From: Camelus ferus
Lineage: Eukaryota
Length of the DNA stretch: 64,000 nt
NCBI RefSeq assembly: GCF_009834535.1
Contig: NC_045697.1
Span: 94,862,001-94,926,000, forward strand
Reading direction: 5' to 3'
Shown: positions 1 to 13,092 of the stretch, in pieces
Numbering within the stretch: position 1 is the first letter of the stretch
Layout of the letters: the number at the start of each line of letters is the position of its first letter
The notes under the pieces: model-generated
The model's input: only the letters and a program-made list of their open reading frames with translations
What the model was told of the DNA's origin: nothing
The model's database searches: none
Made by a program: the position numbers and the translations under genes

Positions 1-940
1 ACTATTAATTGAAATAAATTACTTTACTTCAGTTTCTTTTATTCTTAACACTATAAAAAATAAAATAATTCTCTTTTAAGGAAGCCAAAACTGTGGATGA
101 AATATTTGGATATCAAAGAGGATAATGTATTCTTTTCTTTTCTCTAAAATGATAAAATAACATTACTCAGCTGAAAATTAAATGTATTACAAACTGTTCT
201 GGTCATTTTTCACTTGTCAATGAGGCATTAGACACTGCATTATTTTATTAGCATCTGTTATCGCTATTCTACAATACTTAGGTTCCAAATAATTCTTTTT
301 TGCAGTTGACAGAAAATGCTATTATTCTCTGAAAACAAATGAAAATTGCAACTTTTTGACATGAATGTATTGTGATCATACGTATGCTTTCTCCTGTCTT
401 TCACTGATACACTCCTCCTCTGCACTGTATTAGCGGAACACAGGAGTAGAGTGATCTGATGTTTATGAAGCGTAATATGAAGGACAATCAAAAGACTTGC
501 TTGTGATGTAGTCAGCACTAACTGAAGCTACAACAGATCTCCTTATTTGAAATGATATTTCTACTGTTATACAGGGCAACACTATGGTAAATAATGTATT
601 GAAACTGTCCCTAAAACCACTCTAAAAATACACAAGATGTTATAGAATATCTCAAAGTCATATACTTAGTTAATAGCTAGAAGTGAAAACAGATCGTGCC
701 AGATTATGAGATATTAAATGAAACAATGAGCATCCATGTATCAAAATGAAATTTTTTAGTACAAAATTCCAGTATCAGAGAGATTATAGATGTCAGAGGA
801 GAATCAAGTAAATAATTATTAGAGTAAGGCAACAATGTGGAACTAAGAACCAAGGTATGAATATGAAATGGAACTTAGAAAAGTAAACTATGACAAAACA
901 AAGAAGACTGGGCCACATTAAAAAAATATATATATACACT

Positions 941-968
941 CACACACACACACACACACACACACACA
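941..968. repeat. (CA)14 microsatellite preceded by a short (TA)n
   Basis: Direct reading of a CA dinucleotide run. Confidence 0.95.
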
Positions 969-1639
969 TTAAACAGTCTAAATGTTATAAAACAGATGAA
1001 CTTTAAAAGACACAAGCTAGCAAATGTGCTTTGTATAAAACAAATTTCAAACTTAGAAACTGGATTAAGTACAGCACACATTTAATGCCAACAAAATGTT
1101 GTATGCTATAACAAAGGTCCAGATTTCTAAAATCTAAAATGTAGAGAAAAATCTTAAAATACTATTTGTGCTTTAACTCTTCATGTTAGGGTAGCCATGC
1201 TTTTGTTTTCATTTGTTTTTAAAAATCTTGTTTGCTGAGTTCTATTTCTTGCTTCATTATTTTGATATACTACCTATTAATTTGTAATAATAATTTAATT
1301 TATAGTCTCCCAGTTGAAATAGGGATGCATTTTAAAATAAGTTTTTTAAAAAGAAAGAAAAGGGAAAGTGAAAAAAGTCTGTCTACAAGGAGTTTACTCT
1401 CTATTGAGGAATGTTTGTATGTGTTTCTATTAAAAAATTCATAAATGCTCTAATGTCTTATGTACTATTTTATTATATTATGAAGGTAATATAAGATCAT
1501 TATAAAAATTGGAAAATATAGAAATAAAGAGGAATACCACACACATTTCTACAATCTGAAGTCAGTCAATCTTTTATTGTTCTTTTATAGTTTTCTAAAA
1601 TGCTAGAAAAATCTCAAAATAGGGACGTACAAGGCACAA

Positions 1640-2130
1640 GAGAGTCACTTCTTTTGACTGAAAGGCTAATGAATGCTAATAAGGGAGACAGGTGAGCTGT
1701 GTCATACCTGGCAGACAAGGGAGGGAAAACCCTGCAGACAAACAAATAAAAAGTTTGTGAAAATACCAAGGGAGAAATAATATCCAGCATAAGGCAATTG
1801 TAATTACTTCAGGTTAGTCTATCTATAATTTGCCAGATGAGGAGTTGCAGTAAATAAGGCCTGCACTGGGAAGGGGAGATGGATGGAGACTTCTACTTGC
1901 CAGACTAAGAAACCTGGACTCTATTCTTTGACTTAACTGAAGCTGTTGATGAATACTTAGTAGAGGAGTATCATATTCAGATGATTGTTTTAGGCTTATC
2001 CCTTTGATAGGAAAGAAGATGACTTCCCAGTCGAAGAGGAGGAAGGAGTGGAAATAATGAAAATTGGAAACAGTGAGACAATTTGGAGGGCTCTTGTAAT
2101 CACCCAGTGTGGCAAATTCTGGGGGCCTGA
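1640..2130 (-). mobile_element. Degraded L2 LINE fragment
   Basis: Purine-rich tract 'gactaagaaacctggactctattct...gaagctgttgatg...agaggagtatcatattcagatg' resembles the reverse complement of the L2 3' region. Confidence 0.6.
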
Positions 2131-2394
2131 ACTCACATAAGAGCAGTTACTTTACTTAGCACTGTAATACTTAGAATATAGGCAAAAACTACCTAGATTT
2201 GTTTTATAAACTATAGAGAAGATGAAAATCTTTATGTTATGAAACACTCAAGAGTTAGTGACCAATGAAACTTAGGAGAAAACAAAGTGTAGGAAGTTAG
2301 GATAATTCTTAATTTTCCCAAATCAGGAGTTGATGGTATCACTGCCAGAATGAAAAACACTGTTAGAAGTTCAGGTATGAGATGAAGATGACAA

Positions 2395-2400
<6 letters not shown>

Positions 2401-2455
<55 letters not shown>
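2401..2455. repeat. (AC)27 microsatellite
   Basis: Perfect AC run; it explains the CVCVCV ORF at 2232..2456. Confidence 0.97.
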
Positions 2456-2457
<2 letters not shown>

Positions 2458-5400
2458 TATACAAAATTATATGGAGGTTAGTGTCTGAGCATAAGTAAAC
2501 CTTTTCTAAAGATAGATGTCTTTATCATCAAAATGCAGAAATATTTGAAGCCAATGAATTTGAAATTTCCTTGGGTAAAAGGAAAATGTAGGAAGGTCTA
2601 TGAACAGAAGTCCATTTAAATGGTAGACAAGGAAAGAGCCTACAATAAAAGAAACAAAGAACAACCAGACATGGAAGACGTTGACTCAAACTTCAAAATA
2701 TTATGGAAGACAAAGAAAGGAAAATTATTAGAAGGCATGAGATAACGAACAATGTCAAATACCACACAGAGATCAATAAAATAAAGGGGAAAAAAAGCCC
2801 AAAGGTGTGGGCAATATTCCAAGTTTTTTGGCAACCTTAGGAAGAATTTGAGCAGATGGATGAGGACAGAAACCAAGCTGCAATAGATGTACAGAGAATG
2901 AAATGTTATGAGAAAAAAAAACAGTAAAGCCTACTACTACTTGTTGAAAAAGCTTTGTTTTGAAGGGATAGAAAGGAATAGAAAAGACAGTCATGAAATT
3001 TCACTAAAGGCCATGGACGTGTTTATATAAGTAAAAGGAAGAAACAGTCTGAAAGGGGGAAGTTGAAGAAAAGAGAACGATAAATGATAAAGCAAGGATT
3101 TAAGTGTTACACTGTTAGAAGGAAAAGCCTTGAACAGAATAAGGTGTATTTATCTGAGACAGGAGAATATTAGGTAAATATGAATATGTGGAGTTAAATA
3201 CATTTGAAGAGAGTAGAGAGAAATTGAAATATTGTGTATCATATGAACAATGGAAAAATAATTCCAGAGATAATCTCTTTCTTCTTCCTGATATGTTATG
3301 TTGCAGATGTTATTTCATCTCTCATGTGTTTCTACATTATAATTAGAGGCTGGTTAATAGCCAGGGCTGAGAGAGAAAAGAAACAAAATTCTAAGACTGT
3401 CTTATTTCATAAAATTGACTGAATCTTAAAAGAGCCAGAGTAGAGAGGAGTTTAAGAAGGCAGACAAATGGCCCTGAGGGCAGCATCACCAAATTGATAT
3501 CAGGTTGGCTGGGGATCCCTTAGCTCTTTTCAGATTCCATTTCCAGCTGAACTGAATGTTTGCTCTATCACTATTTCCTCCTATCTTTTCAGTGTTCTCA
3601 ATATGTTCTTATATTGAACTTCTCTAACTAGTCTACAACTGATATCTGCTGGGACATTCCTGAATGGAGCAGCATTTGATTATTACTTGCTTTTTCTCTT
3701 CTTTTTTTTAATGTGTATTATGTTTAATGTCAAAATGAAGTGTGGAGTTGATGTTTTGGGGCAAACAGTACCAGATGCTTGGACACACTTGCCTTTGTAC
3801 AGATCCAGGTTATGAGCTTGTCTCTTGATGAAAAGATAAACCTCAGAGAAATGAGTAAGACATTATAAATTGAAGACATCTGCCTTAAAATGAAACTGAG
3901 TATCTTATGTTTAAAAAGGTGCAAGAAATATGCTGTGATACATCATAGTGATGGAATGCCATAGCAATAAAAGAACTGGTAAGTCCACATATTCTAGTAA
4001 AATATTAATAATTATGTCCTGTTTCTTTCCTTCTTTCTTATCTTCTTTTTTCTCTTTCCTTTCACTCTAGATTTCATCAATTGTTCTAAAGATTAAAAAA
4101 AACACTGTGTTCAAAAGAACCCAAATAATATATGCCATGCCAGTCTGACACAACAGACGGACCCCTAATTGAGTTTGGTATCTTTCCAAAATATTATGCC
4201 AGTAAGCTTTCTTCTTATGCCTACTTCACACAAAAAAACAGCTTCAGAAGATAAATAAAAATTATACATGGCTTTTGGTGCCTTTGCACTTTGTTATAGT
4301 GGACTATCATCCATGACTTCAGGAATTTTAGCAAAAGTGACTTCAAAGTATCTGCTTTTAGATTTAAACTATTATGAAGAAATAAATATAAAGCGTATTC
4401 ATGATAAGCTGCACAAAAGCTATTCTATCATCTTGATAGAACCGTAAGAATCATATTTCAACCCACTGATATAAAAAATGCCCTTGAATTAAACCTCAAG
4501 TAATTCTACAGAAAAAATGTTAAGGTTTATTGACACAGAACTTTTAAAACAATTGAAACGATGAATGAATGACAAAGAAAAACAAAGAATACTATTTGAG
4601 ATGAAATTATAAGAATCTAGATAACATTTTAATGTAAACTAGGGATTAATAGTAGCGTAAGTTTTAACGTATGTTTACAAATTAAGATGAAACATGTGGA
4701 AAAACAGAAAAATATAAATACTTAATCAAATAAGAATGTTCATCTTGAATCTCCCAATGTATCTGAGATTTGGCCTTAATATATGCATGCAATTTTATGA
4801 AGATGATTACATTAATGAAATCCTATTTCAGGTGGTCCATGTTTACTAGAAGTATCATCTGCTGAGCCCAAATTGAATCCATTTGATAATAAGTACAAAT
4901 AACACAATTACTTATCATAAATCAGATATATTTCTCAGAATTTTTATGAAATGAATAAAAGCAAATATCTAAGACTGAAGACAATTATTACTTGGTTGGA
5001 AGTCATACTTTACCGAGTACATACCCATTAAATATAAAAGCTAATCTTTCTTCTGTTTTCTCTGACATTGCTACAACCATTAGGCACTTTGCTCTTATAA
5101 TTTTAACATTTCTGTGGATCAGGGCTTTGTTAAGCAGTGTGAGCTTTGTCCAACTTTAACACTGAATGTTAAGCATTAGGTTAATGTAAATACTTGTGCT
5201 TTCACCACAGTATCCTTTTTCTCTGACTTATTTTGTAGTTGTTTATCTGTTTTTCTGTGAGGGTTTGTTATACTTTTCTTATTCTTCATCCACAGCAATA
5301 AGATACTTGAGGACTGGGACTCTTTATTTTGTAACCTCTGATTAAAGTAGTGTTATAGCAAACTTGACTAATAGACTTTTCTAATTTTAAGCCCACTGTT

Positions 5401-7972
5401 TTTAAATGAGTGAGTTTATGACCTTTTGGAACTGCCAGCAAAGATTGCATTAAGTAATTTTTGTATTGTGGACACCTCTAGACTGTAATGATGCAAAGAT
5501 AAAGAATAACTGGAACTGTTTCTCTGAAGAAACTTACAGTTAAGTTATGCCGACAAAAAAAACCCCAAACAATTAGTTAAATGTTGTTAGTGTTGAGATA
5601 AACATACAAAATATGTGAGAACAGAGGAGTAACTGTCTAGTTTTCCTGCAGGACAAAAGTAAACTTCCTTGAGGAAATGACTTCTATCCTGAGACTTGAA
5701 GGATGAATAGGAGCACACCAAATAAACCAAGATAGTGAGAATAAGGAAAAAGTTTGTGTAAAATTACAGAAATGTGAAGCAGGATGCAGATGGCTCAAAG
5801 GTAGTTTGAAATATACAGACTTAAATAATAGTTTGAAGTCAGATGATGATTTTGTTTGCATGACACGCTTAAATATTTGGGGTTTAACTCTTACATCGAC
5901 CTCCTGTTCCATCCCTCCTCCCAAAAAATTGTTGTCTGCACAGTAATTCTGTAGAATTATAATAGCAGTAACTGGGATAAATGATTCTGGAACCTAGTAT
6001 GTATGGTGGAGTAGAACTCTATAATATTACTATTAACCATTCCCGATTCCCTAACACGAACACACACACATACATTACATTCTTTCTCTCTTACCTCCTA
6101 AGGGTCTTTTTGTGTCTTTTGACTACTTGCACATGGAAAAGGTCTATTAAGCCTATCTTTTTTATGCATAATGTAAATGTGATCCATGAAAGATGGACAG
6201 CAGTAAGTAGGGGAAAATAACCAGTGTTTTGGTAGAGAAAGAAGTTTATTACTATTTTGGGGAGATAGAATGAAAAGGAGATTTTAAACTTTAAAGATTC
6301 ATTGACTTAATATAATACTTTCTGTGGGATTGTGTGGTATAGAGTTGGTTGGCATAGTGTTACAGGCAATTTTCCAGAAGCACATATAAACTGAAATACT
6401 TTCCTGTCTGAGGTTGGGCTATATTTATATCACCACTGCCCTTTCTATAAACCATGCCATCTGCCATTCTGCAGTCACGTCAAAGCTCTGGAAAGGTTTT
6501 AGCATCATCAAAGCAAAGCAGAGAGGACGCTTATAAAATGTGTTACCTTTTGATCTCTGTTTTTGAATATTTCTGTCACCATTTTTTTCTCTGCACATCT
6601 GAACTTTTAAAACAAGAGAAAGGCTTTACTCATGCTTCGGCATGTGATAGAGATTGCTAATTCTTTGAGTTAGCAAACCCAACTATACATATGCTCAGCA
6701 GTTTACAAAAGTTGTTAAAGTCTGCAACTATAACCTACTATAACCTAATTCATCTATTAAAGCACATGACATATGATCAAAAAGGGAAAAGTAACAAATA
6801 CAACTACTGAGATCAAAAGCCTTGAGCAGTTATCTTCTGTGTGTATTATCTGAACTTTCTTTAATACATCTGGTTTCCATGCCAGCTAAGGGAACAAACA
6901 CCTGCAGGTGTCTATTCATATTATATATTCAAAAATAAAACCCTGATAAAAAGGAACATATTTTTCTGCTTTGTGATTTAAACTTCCCTTACCTAAGTAT
7001 TTATACTAGGTTTTGGAGACTGACTCTGAATTTCAACAGTGAAAAATAAATGAGATACATATCTCTTTTTGGTTTGCAAGGTAATTTGGTTGTTTTGTTT
7101 GGACTTTTAAACCTCTTCTTGAATATAAAACCTCTGGATCTAAAAAACAACTTCTAGAAGTCATAATGAGTAAACAAAGGGATTTCTTCATTATGCTGTT
7201 ACTGAGTCTGGTGATATTAAGTGAGTTTAGTCTCCTTTAGTTATTTTAGTGCTTTAGGATATGAAATGTATCTGTCTTCCTTTTTAATGATAGCTTTACT
7301 GCTACATTAGGATAAGCATATATGTGTTTAGATGCCACTAAGATACTGTCACTTGTCCTAAGTGAGAGACACAATAATGAGTAAAGGATTGTCTACTCTG
7401 CCATGATAATATCCAGTAATCTAAACAATAAATATATTCTGCTGAAGTTAAAGGTTTCTAGTATGCTATAAAGTTTGAATTTATTAATGAAAACCAAGAG
7501 GATAATGGAGATCCATTAATATTTTTATCATTGCTTTCTAGATGATAATTTCTGCTGTTCTCCAATATCAGCTTCTTCCTTCCATTCAAGAGGGAACTCA
7601 CTAACCAGCCGTGTTCTTTTCCCCAGTAACACAAAATTGGAGCCAGGCTCTCTTCTAATCCATCCTCTACCAATTGATCAGAATTATGACATGATTTAAA
7701 ACCTATTTTCTATCTTTCTTCTGTGTGGTAGCAATAACCAATTTAAAACTAAAACTTCTGTTTAAAGCCAGTATACGTACAATTAGAAAATAAATGAAGT
7801 TTATAGTAATTCCTGATTTTCTCCTACTCCTTATTATACAGCTTTATTTTTAGCATAGTTCAGCTTAAAATTTCATTCCTCTTGCCCTGCATACCTCTTG
7901 GGTACTTCTTTGTTTTATCACTTTCTTTTTCTAGCTGGTCATCCTCATGTCAAATGCGTGATTGCTTAGGAA

Positions 7973-8075
7973 AGCGGCTACTTCAAACTGGGTACACTAT
8001 AATCACCAGAAGAATTTTATGAAAATATGTATTCTCGGGCCACTGTCTTCAAAGATTCTGATTTAGCAGGTTGGG
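7973..8075. mobile_element. MER5A-like hAT-Charlie MITE fragment
   Basis: 'cttcaaactgggtacactataatcacc...ctcgggcc...agattctgatttagcaggttggg' follows the recalled MER5A consensus. Confidence 0.6.
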
Positions 8076-8350
8076 TTCCACAGAAAGATGTTGAGACAGA
8101 GCTTGTATGCAAGAGAAATATGTGGCAATGCTCTTGGGAACAACGACTGTAACAAAGGGAAGGTAGCAGGATGGACAGAGGGTACAGCTAAGTGAACACT
8201 CTGTGGCTGGCACAGCCCTTCAAAGTTATCCCCAAATGAGACATGTGGCTTGGCCTTTGTACCCCCATGATGACTGTGGATGCTGGCTGTCTTGGAAAAG
8301 GGAATGACTGAAGATGAAGCAGCTCCTTTGGTTGATGGTAATCCACAGAG
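8072..8350 (-). mobile_element. LTR16-like ERVL LTR fragment
   Basis: 'gctcttgggaacaac...gcaggatggacagaggg...gcccttcaaagttatccc...ggcctttgtacccc...ggatgctggctgtc' resembles the LTR16 family in reverse orientation. Confidence 0.6.
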
Positions 8351-8750
8351 TTTCTGATCATCCCCATAGTCTGTGTCTCTCAGTCAGCAACAAGATAATT
8401 TGCTCTGTTAGACAGAACTGTAAAGCCTGAGAATCTCAATACCTTGGACCAAGGTATGAACTTTGTTTCAGATCTCTTAAGATTTGTCCAGGTAAATGAG
8501 GCTACATGATACATTCCCTGAAGATCTGAGTTTAGGGAACTAACTGCCTAGAGCTATTTCCCTCATTTGGAGACAATGGTTTCTGAAGCATTCAGAATGA
8601 CTTAAACTATTCTCTAGGATATTCAGCAATCATATAAAAATAGTTTTAAAATGCACATAACAAAATGAGGAAAATTATTTTCAACTTAGATGACTAAAAA
8701 CAAATAACTTGGAGTCAAGGGTTTATTTTCAAATGGCTAAACCCTTTTAT

Positions 8751-8880
8751 TTGTTCATTAACTTAATAATTATTTATTGAGCACATATCATGTGTAAAAT
8801 ATGGTATTAAGCACTAAGGAAAAAACATTGACAGAGCAAGTATACAGATCCCCTCTTCATGGGGCTTATTTTCTAGGGGG
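8751..8880 (-). mobile_element. L2 3' end
   Basis: 'tatttattgagcac...tgtg...taagcactaagga...cttcatggggcttattttctag' is the typical reverse complement of the L2a terminus. Confidence 0.7.
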
Positions 8881-9689
8881 ATATACATTATTTAAATATA
8901 TTGAAACAATTTCCTCATCTATAAGAAAGAATAATTGCCTTGCAAGTTTATATAAGGGATTATGTGTAAAGTACTCTGCCTCTGTTCCTAGTTGTTTTAA
9001 GAAAAAAATTTTGGAGACGTTTTTGGTCATGTAATAAAACATAACAGAAAAGACCATCTTCCTTAGAGGAATGGGGTATCCAAGATCAAAGTACATGTAT
9101 CTTTACATAGATACATTAAAAAAATACATTGTTGTCATTTCCTCTGTTGTTCTGGGAACCATGGATAGGATTTGGGAAAGGTGATCTTGCTCAGGGACTA
9201 AATGGAAAGAGGACAGGTATATTTAAAAGGGTCTTTTTTCTCCATCAACTCATGAGTCTCACACACCAGCTGACTTCCTTTTAGCTGAACTGGTGGAATT
9301 CTGGAGGACAGAAGACAGCTGGTAACCATGAGTGAGGCTTCTCAAAGGTATCAGAGATGTGTGAGCTAACAGAGTGAAAGCAATATCTCAGGAAAGAAGA
9401 GACTAAAATGATTCAGACTACTGGCCTCAGGTTTCAAAAGTAAGTAGTTAAGACTAGATCTGGAGCATGCCAAAAGATTTGAGTTAGAACATTTGCTTTA
9501 TTTAGGAATATATTTTTTATTTAGCTAAATAATTTTCTTTATTTCTCAGGATCGAACAACAAAAGAAAATCAAACAACTGCTTACTAGATGTATGAGCTA
9601 CACTGTTTTTTTTTGTTTTTTGCTTTTTTTTTTTTTCTGGTTAAAGTGGAATTATGTCCCTTTTTTGTTGTCAAGTGTAAGAACATAAT

Positions 9690-9915
9690 CTGGGTCAGTC
9701 TGATTTCTCCCAGCTGTTCCTCTTACCAGCTGTGTGACCTTGGATATGTTCTGTACAACCATGAATGTGTTACTTCACCTCCTTAAATCTGTTTCCTTAT
9801 TGCACAGTGAGCATTAATACAACATCTGTTACATGATTGTTGTGAGAATTAAATGAAGTAATTTAAGAGATGTAAATAACCCAGTGTCTAGCAAATTGTT
9901 AGTCACTTCTTTATT
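9690..9915 (+). mobile_element. MIR SINE
   Basis: Core 'cttaccagctgtgtgaccttgg...tctgtttcctta...ttgttgtgagaattaaatgaa'. Confidence 0.8.
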
Positions 9916-10100
9916 ACTATTGTCATTAATAGGCTTATTGATTTAATAAATAAAACACTATATGATTTCCAGCTATATTCAATTAATTTATTCCAAATTT
10001 GGTAAAAATGGAGCAACTCTAATCATTTCTAATTTTTCTAGCAAATTCTCATTTCTTTTAAACAGTTAGAAAAAAGACACTTCTTTTCTTTCTTTTGTAG

Positions 10101-10248
10101 AATTCTCTTCCAGCAACAGCTGAGAATTATCCAGAAAAAGAAAGATTCTGTGGCTTTCTTGAGAAGATCTGCCCAGATCCTCATGAGTGTTCATAGGAAA
10201 AATAGAAAAGTGGGCATGTCCTTGATTTGGTCCTTTCCTGAGTTTTTA
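10101..10248 (+). other. Candidate 148-nt exon
   Basis: Strong acceptor 'ttcttttctttcttttgtag' and donor 'TTA|gtaagt'; one frame is open throughout. The product is not recognised. Confidence 0.3.
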
Positions 10249-11959
10249 GTAAGTATGTGGTCTAAATAAGCTTGTCCTCCATTCAGTGTACTAATTGGGT
10301 GGATGGTAAAATGTGGTTTGTGTTGCATGAGATGTTTCAAATTCAGAAAATTATTAATTTGTGTATGGAAAAATGTCTTCCCAAAAGAATGAGTCTGATA
10401 GCCTTCAATATTCATTCATTATTAAGTCAAATTACCAAGTTACAGAATAGAACTCTGTCTTAGAAGAGAAAGCTAATTACTGAAACTCTAAAGCATTCCT
10501 TACCAAGCTAGAATACTTAATGTCTAATATTGGAATTCCTTTCTCAGAAAATAAGATAACTGGTTTTAGGTCTCCTAAAAATTTCTCACACAAATGCTTT
10601 CTAAATTAAACTATAATCCCTGCCACTCCCTCCCCACAACCATTTCTCTTCTTTGTAGAATTACAAGGGGAAACTGCTGCACCAAGGTATACAAGCTAAG
10701 ATACAATTTTCCAAAGCCTGTGCCCCATCCAATTTTTCTAATAGTTCTGAGAGCCTAATATAGTTCCTATATTCAGGGTATATAAAACCTGTCAACATTA
10801 AAATCGTTTCTTTATTCCTCTGTCTGCCTTTTACCCCCAACCTAACCTCCCTCTCCATTCTTATTTTAAAATGTATTTAGCTGTTAGACATTTCTCAGAT
10901 TTTTATTCTTCTCGGTATCTTGGGGCCAAGAATTTAGCTCTTCAAAATATTAAACTCATTAAACTCACATTTACTTCATATTTTAAAGTAAATCACTGAA
11001 TAACGTATTTAGATTACTTTTGATTAAAGTAGAATATTAAAGATGTTTCTCTTCATTAAATTAACATAAACTTTTTAGAGTATTCTGACTTCTATCCTGC
11101 TGGCTTAATAAATAGCTTTTTAGCTTAAGTAAGTTGTCCTCAATAAAAATATATTCCTATAAAACATAACTAATATCAAACATATTCTTTATGAAATTTT
11201 ATAGGAAAAGCTTCCCTATGTATATATACATATTAAGTATAGTGATTATTTTAAAATATATATTTACATTCTTTTTTTTCTAATTTCTTTCATAGTCCCA
11301 AAGATGACAACATATTTTTTTCGCTAAATATTTTATTTATCATATATTTGACTAGTTATTCCCAAAATTGTTCTTTATCAGCAAAATAGTATCAGGTGAT
11401 GCACTGCAAGACATAGGTTCTGTGAGAAATATCTTTGAATTGTGTAATGCACATTGGCATTTTAGAGGCTCTGTGATATATGATAGTTATGAAACCAACT
11501 GAACCTTATTTAATTCAAAGTTTTGTAACCTTATTTAAAGATTTATCAATGTATCAACAATTAATTTTTATTATTAAACCAATATTTTAAACAATTGTTG
11601 CATTTCATGTTGTATTCCATGGAGGAGAAACATAGAAATCTGTAAAAAATATTATTCTTGTCCTTGGAAGTTTATAATCTAATTAATAACAATAAAAGGA
11701 GTCTTTTTAATATGAGTAATGCCAGTTAATCATTAAAACTTAGTTTTAAACATTTTAGAGACACCATTGATGTCTTTTTGATGGGAAAAAAAAAAAAACC
11801 CTAAAGCAGAGAGAGAAAGTATGTAAACCCTAACGGCAACAAAACTTATAAATAATAGAGCTTGGGTTCAAGCCAAGTGTTCCATTCCAAACCCTGTGTT
11901 CCTAAATGCCAGACTTTAGCCACTCACAGAGCAAGTCTCGCAAATACTATAATGGGTTG

Positions 11960-12068
11960 TAGGTTTCTTGAGATCAAAGGCCTGTTCTATCCTGTTAAAA
12001 GTTTATCTTTCTTCCTAACATGGTTCCTATTGCCATAGACACTGCCCAATAAATAAATGAATAAGTGA
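11960..12068 (+). mobile_element. L2 3' terminal fragment
   Basis: 'tttcttgagatcaaaggcctg...caataaataaatgaataagtgaa' resembles the L2 tail. Confidence 0.5.
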
Positions 12069-13060
12069 AAAATCATGTGTTCACTACTAGTCTAAAACAC
12101 AAGTGACCACTGCTAAGTTACCAATTCCTGCTGCACAAGACTGATAATTAGGTCAAGATCAGCGCCTTTCATATTCTTGATTTCTTCTCTTCCATTTCCA
12201 AGCCTACAAGTTTATTGAAACACATATCTACAGTCAACAATTTGGTTTTAAGACTTAAACCTGTTTAAGATGTAGCCCTTCACCTACTGGCATAACCTGA
12301 TCATTGACTAGTCATTATGGTCTTGCTCTTCTTACCATGGGCTAGTCTGTCTCTATTCTCTTCTCAAGTCACTCCAAGTGTAAAATCATACCTCATTTAC
12401 CATAAACTTCTAACTCTCCTCATGCAGACTTCTTAAAGGGTAGTTCATACTCACCACCTGCATATTTCTTTCTCTTAATTTCTGCTTCCAATCAAACCTC
12501 AAGTTGTGATGACTTCACATTTTTAAATATTTCACAATCGAAGCATCTGTTAATTCACTCACCCAGCTTATCAAACAATACTCTTTGAGAGTTTCAGTCC
12601 TTTCTTTCTCTCACTCCAGATGAAATAAAACACTATGCACTATAGATTCTCTCTCTCTCAGTCACTCTTGCTTTTATTGGATCCTTCTTATCTGTAATTT
12701 TAATATTTGATTCTCTTTGAAGCCACCCGTGTTTCTCCCCTGAATTATTGCATAGCTTCCCTACTGTTTTCATTGCATTTTCTCTTTCCACCTTTTCACC
12801 CATTCTTCTCACTCTAGCCAGAAGGATATGTGTGGGAACGTGGCTGAGAAACCCCTGCTACTATTCCTGTCAGAGGAACATGCAGAAGTTATGGCTACAT
12901 CGCAAAAATAATCCATATTTGCAAAGAAAGACACCATGTTCCTTATGGTTCTATTTCTGGTGCCAGATCCATATAATCCAATCAACTTTCCTACTAAACT
13001 GAATTTTTTTGGCTTCTGCAGGAAGGAAGAGAAGGGAATTGTCATCTTGAGAAGAATATT

Positions 13061-13092
13061 AATTAATTAATTAATTAATTAATTAATTAATT
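13061..13092. repeat. (AATT)8 self-complementary tetranucleotide repeat
   Basis: Perfect AATT x8, read directly. Confidence 0.95.

Noticed and set aside
372..527. Possible minus-strand exon (ORF 264..518)
   Set aside because: Weak pyrimidine tract and an unrecognisable peptide.
6728..6747. 10-bp tandem duplication CTATAACCTA x2 (similar microduplications near 21955 and 27563)
   Set aside because: Ordinary slippage-type duplications with no sign of function.
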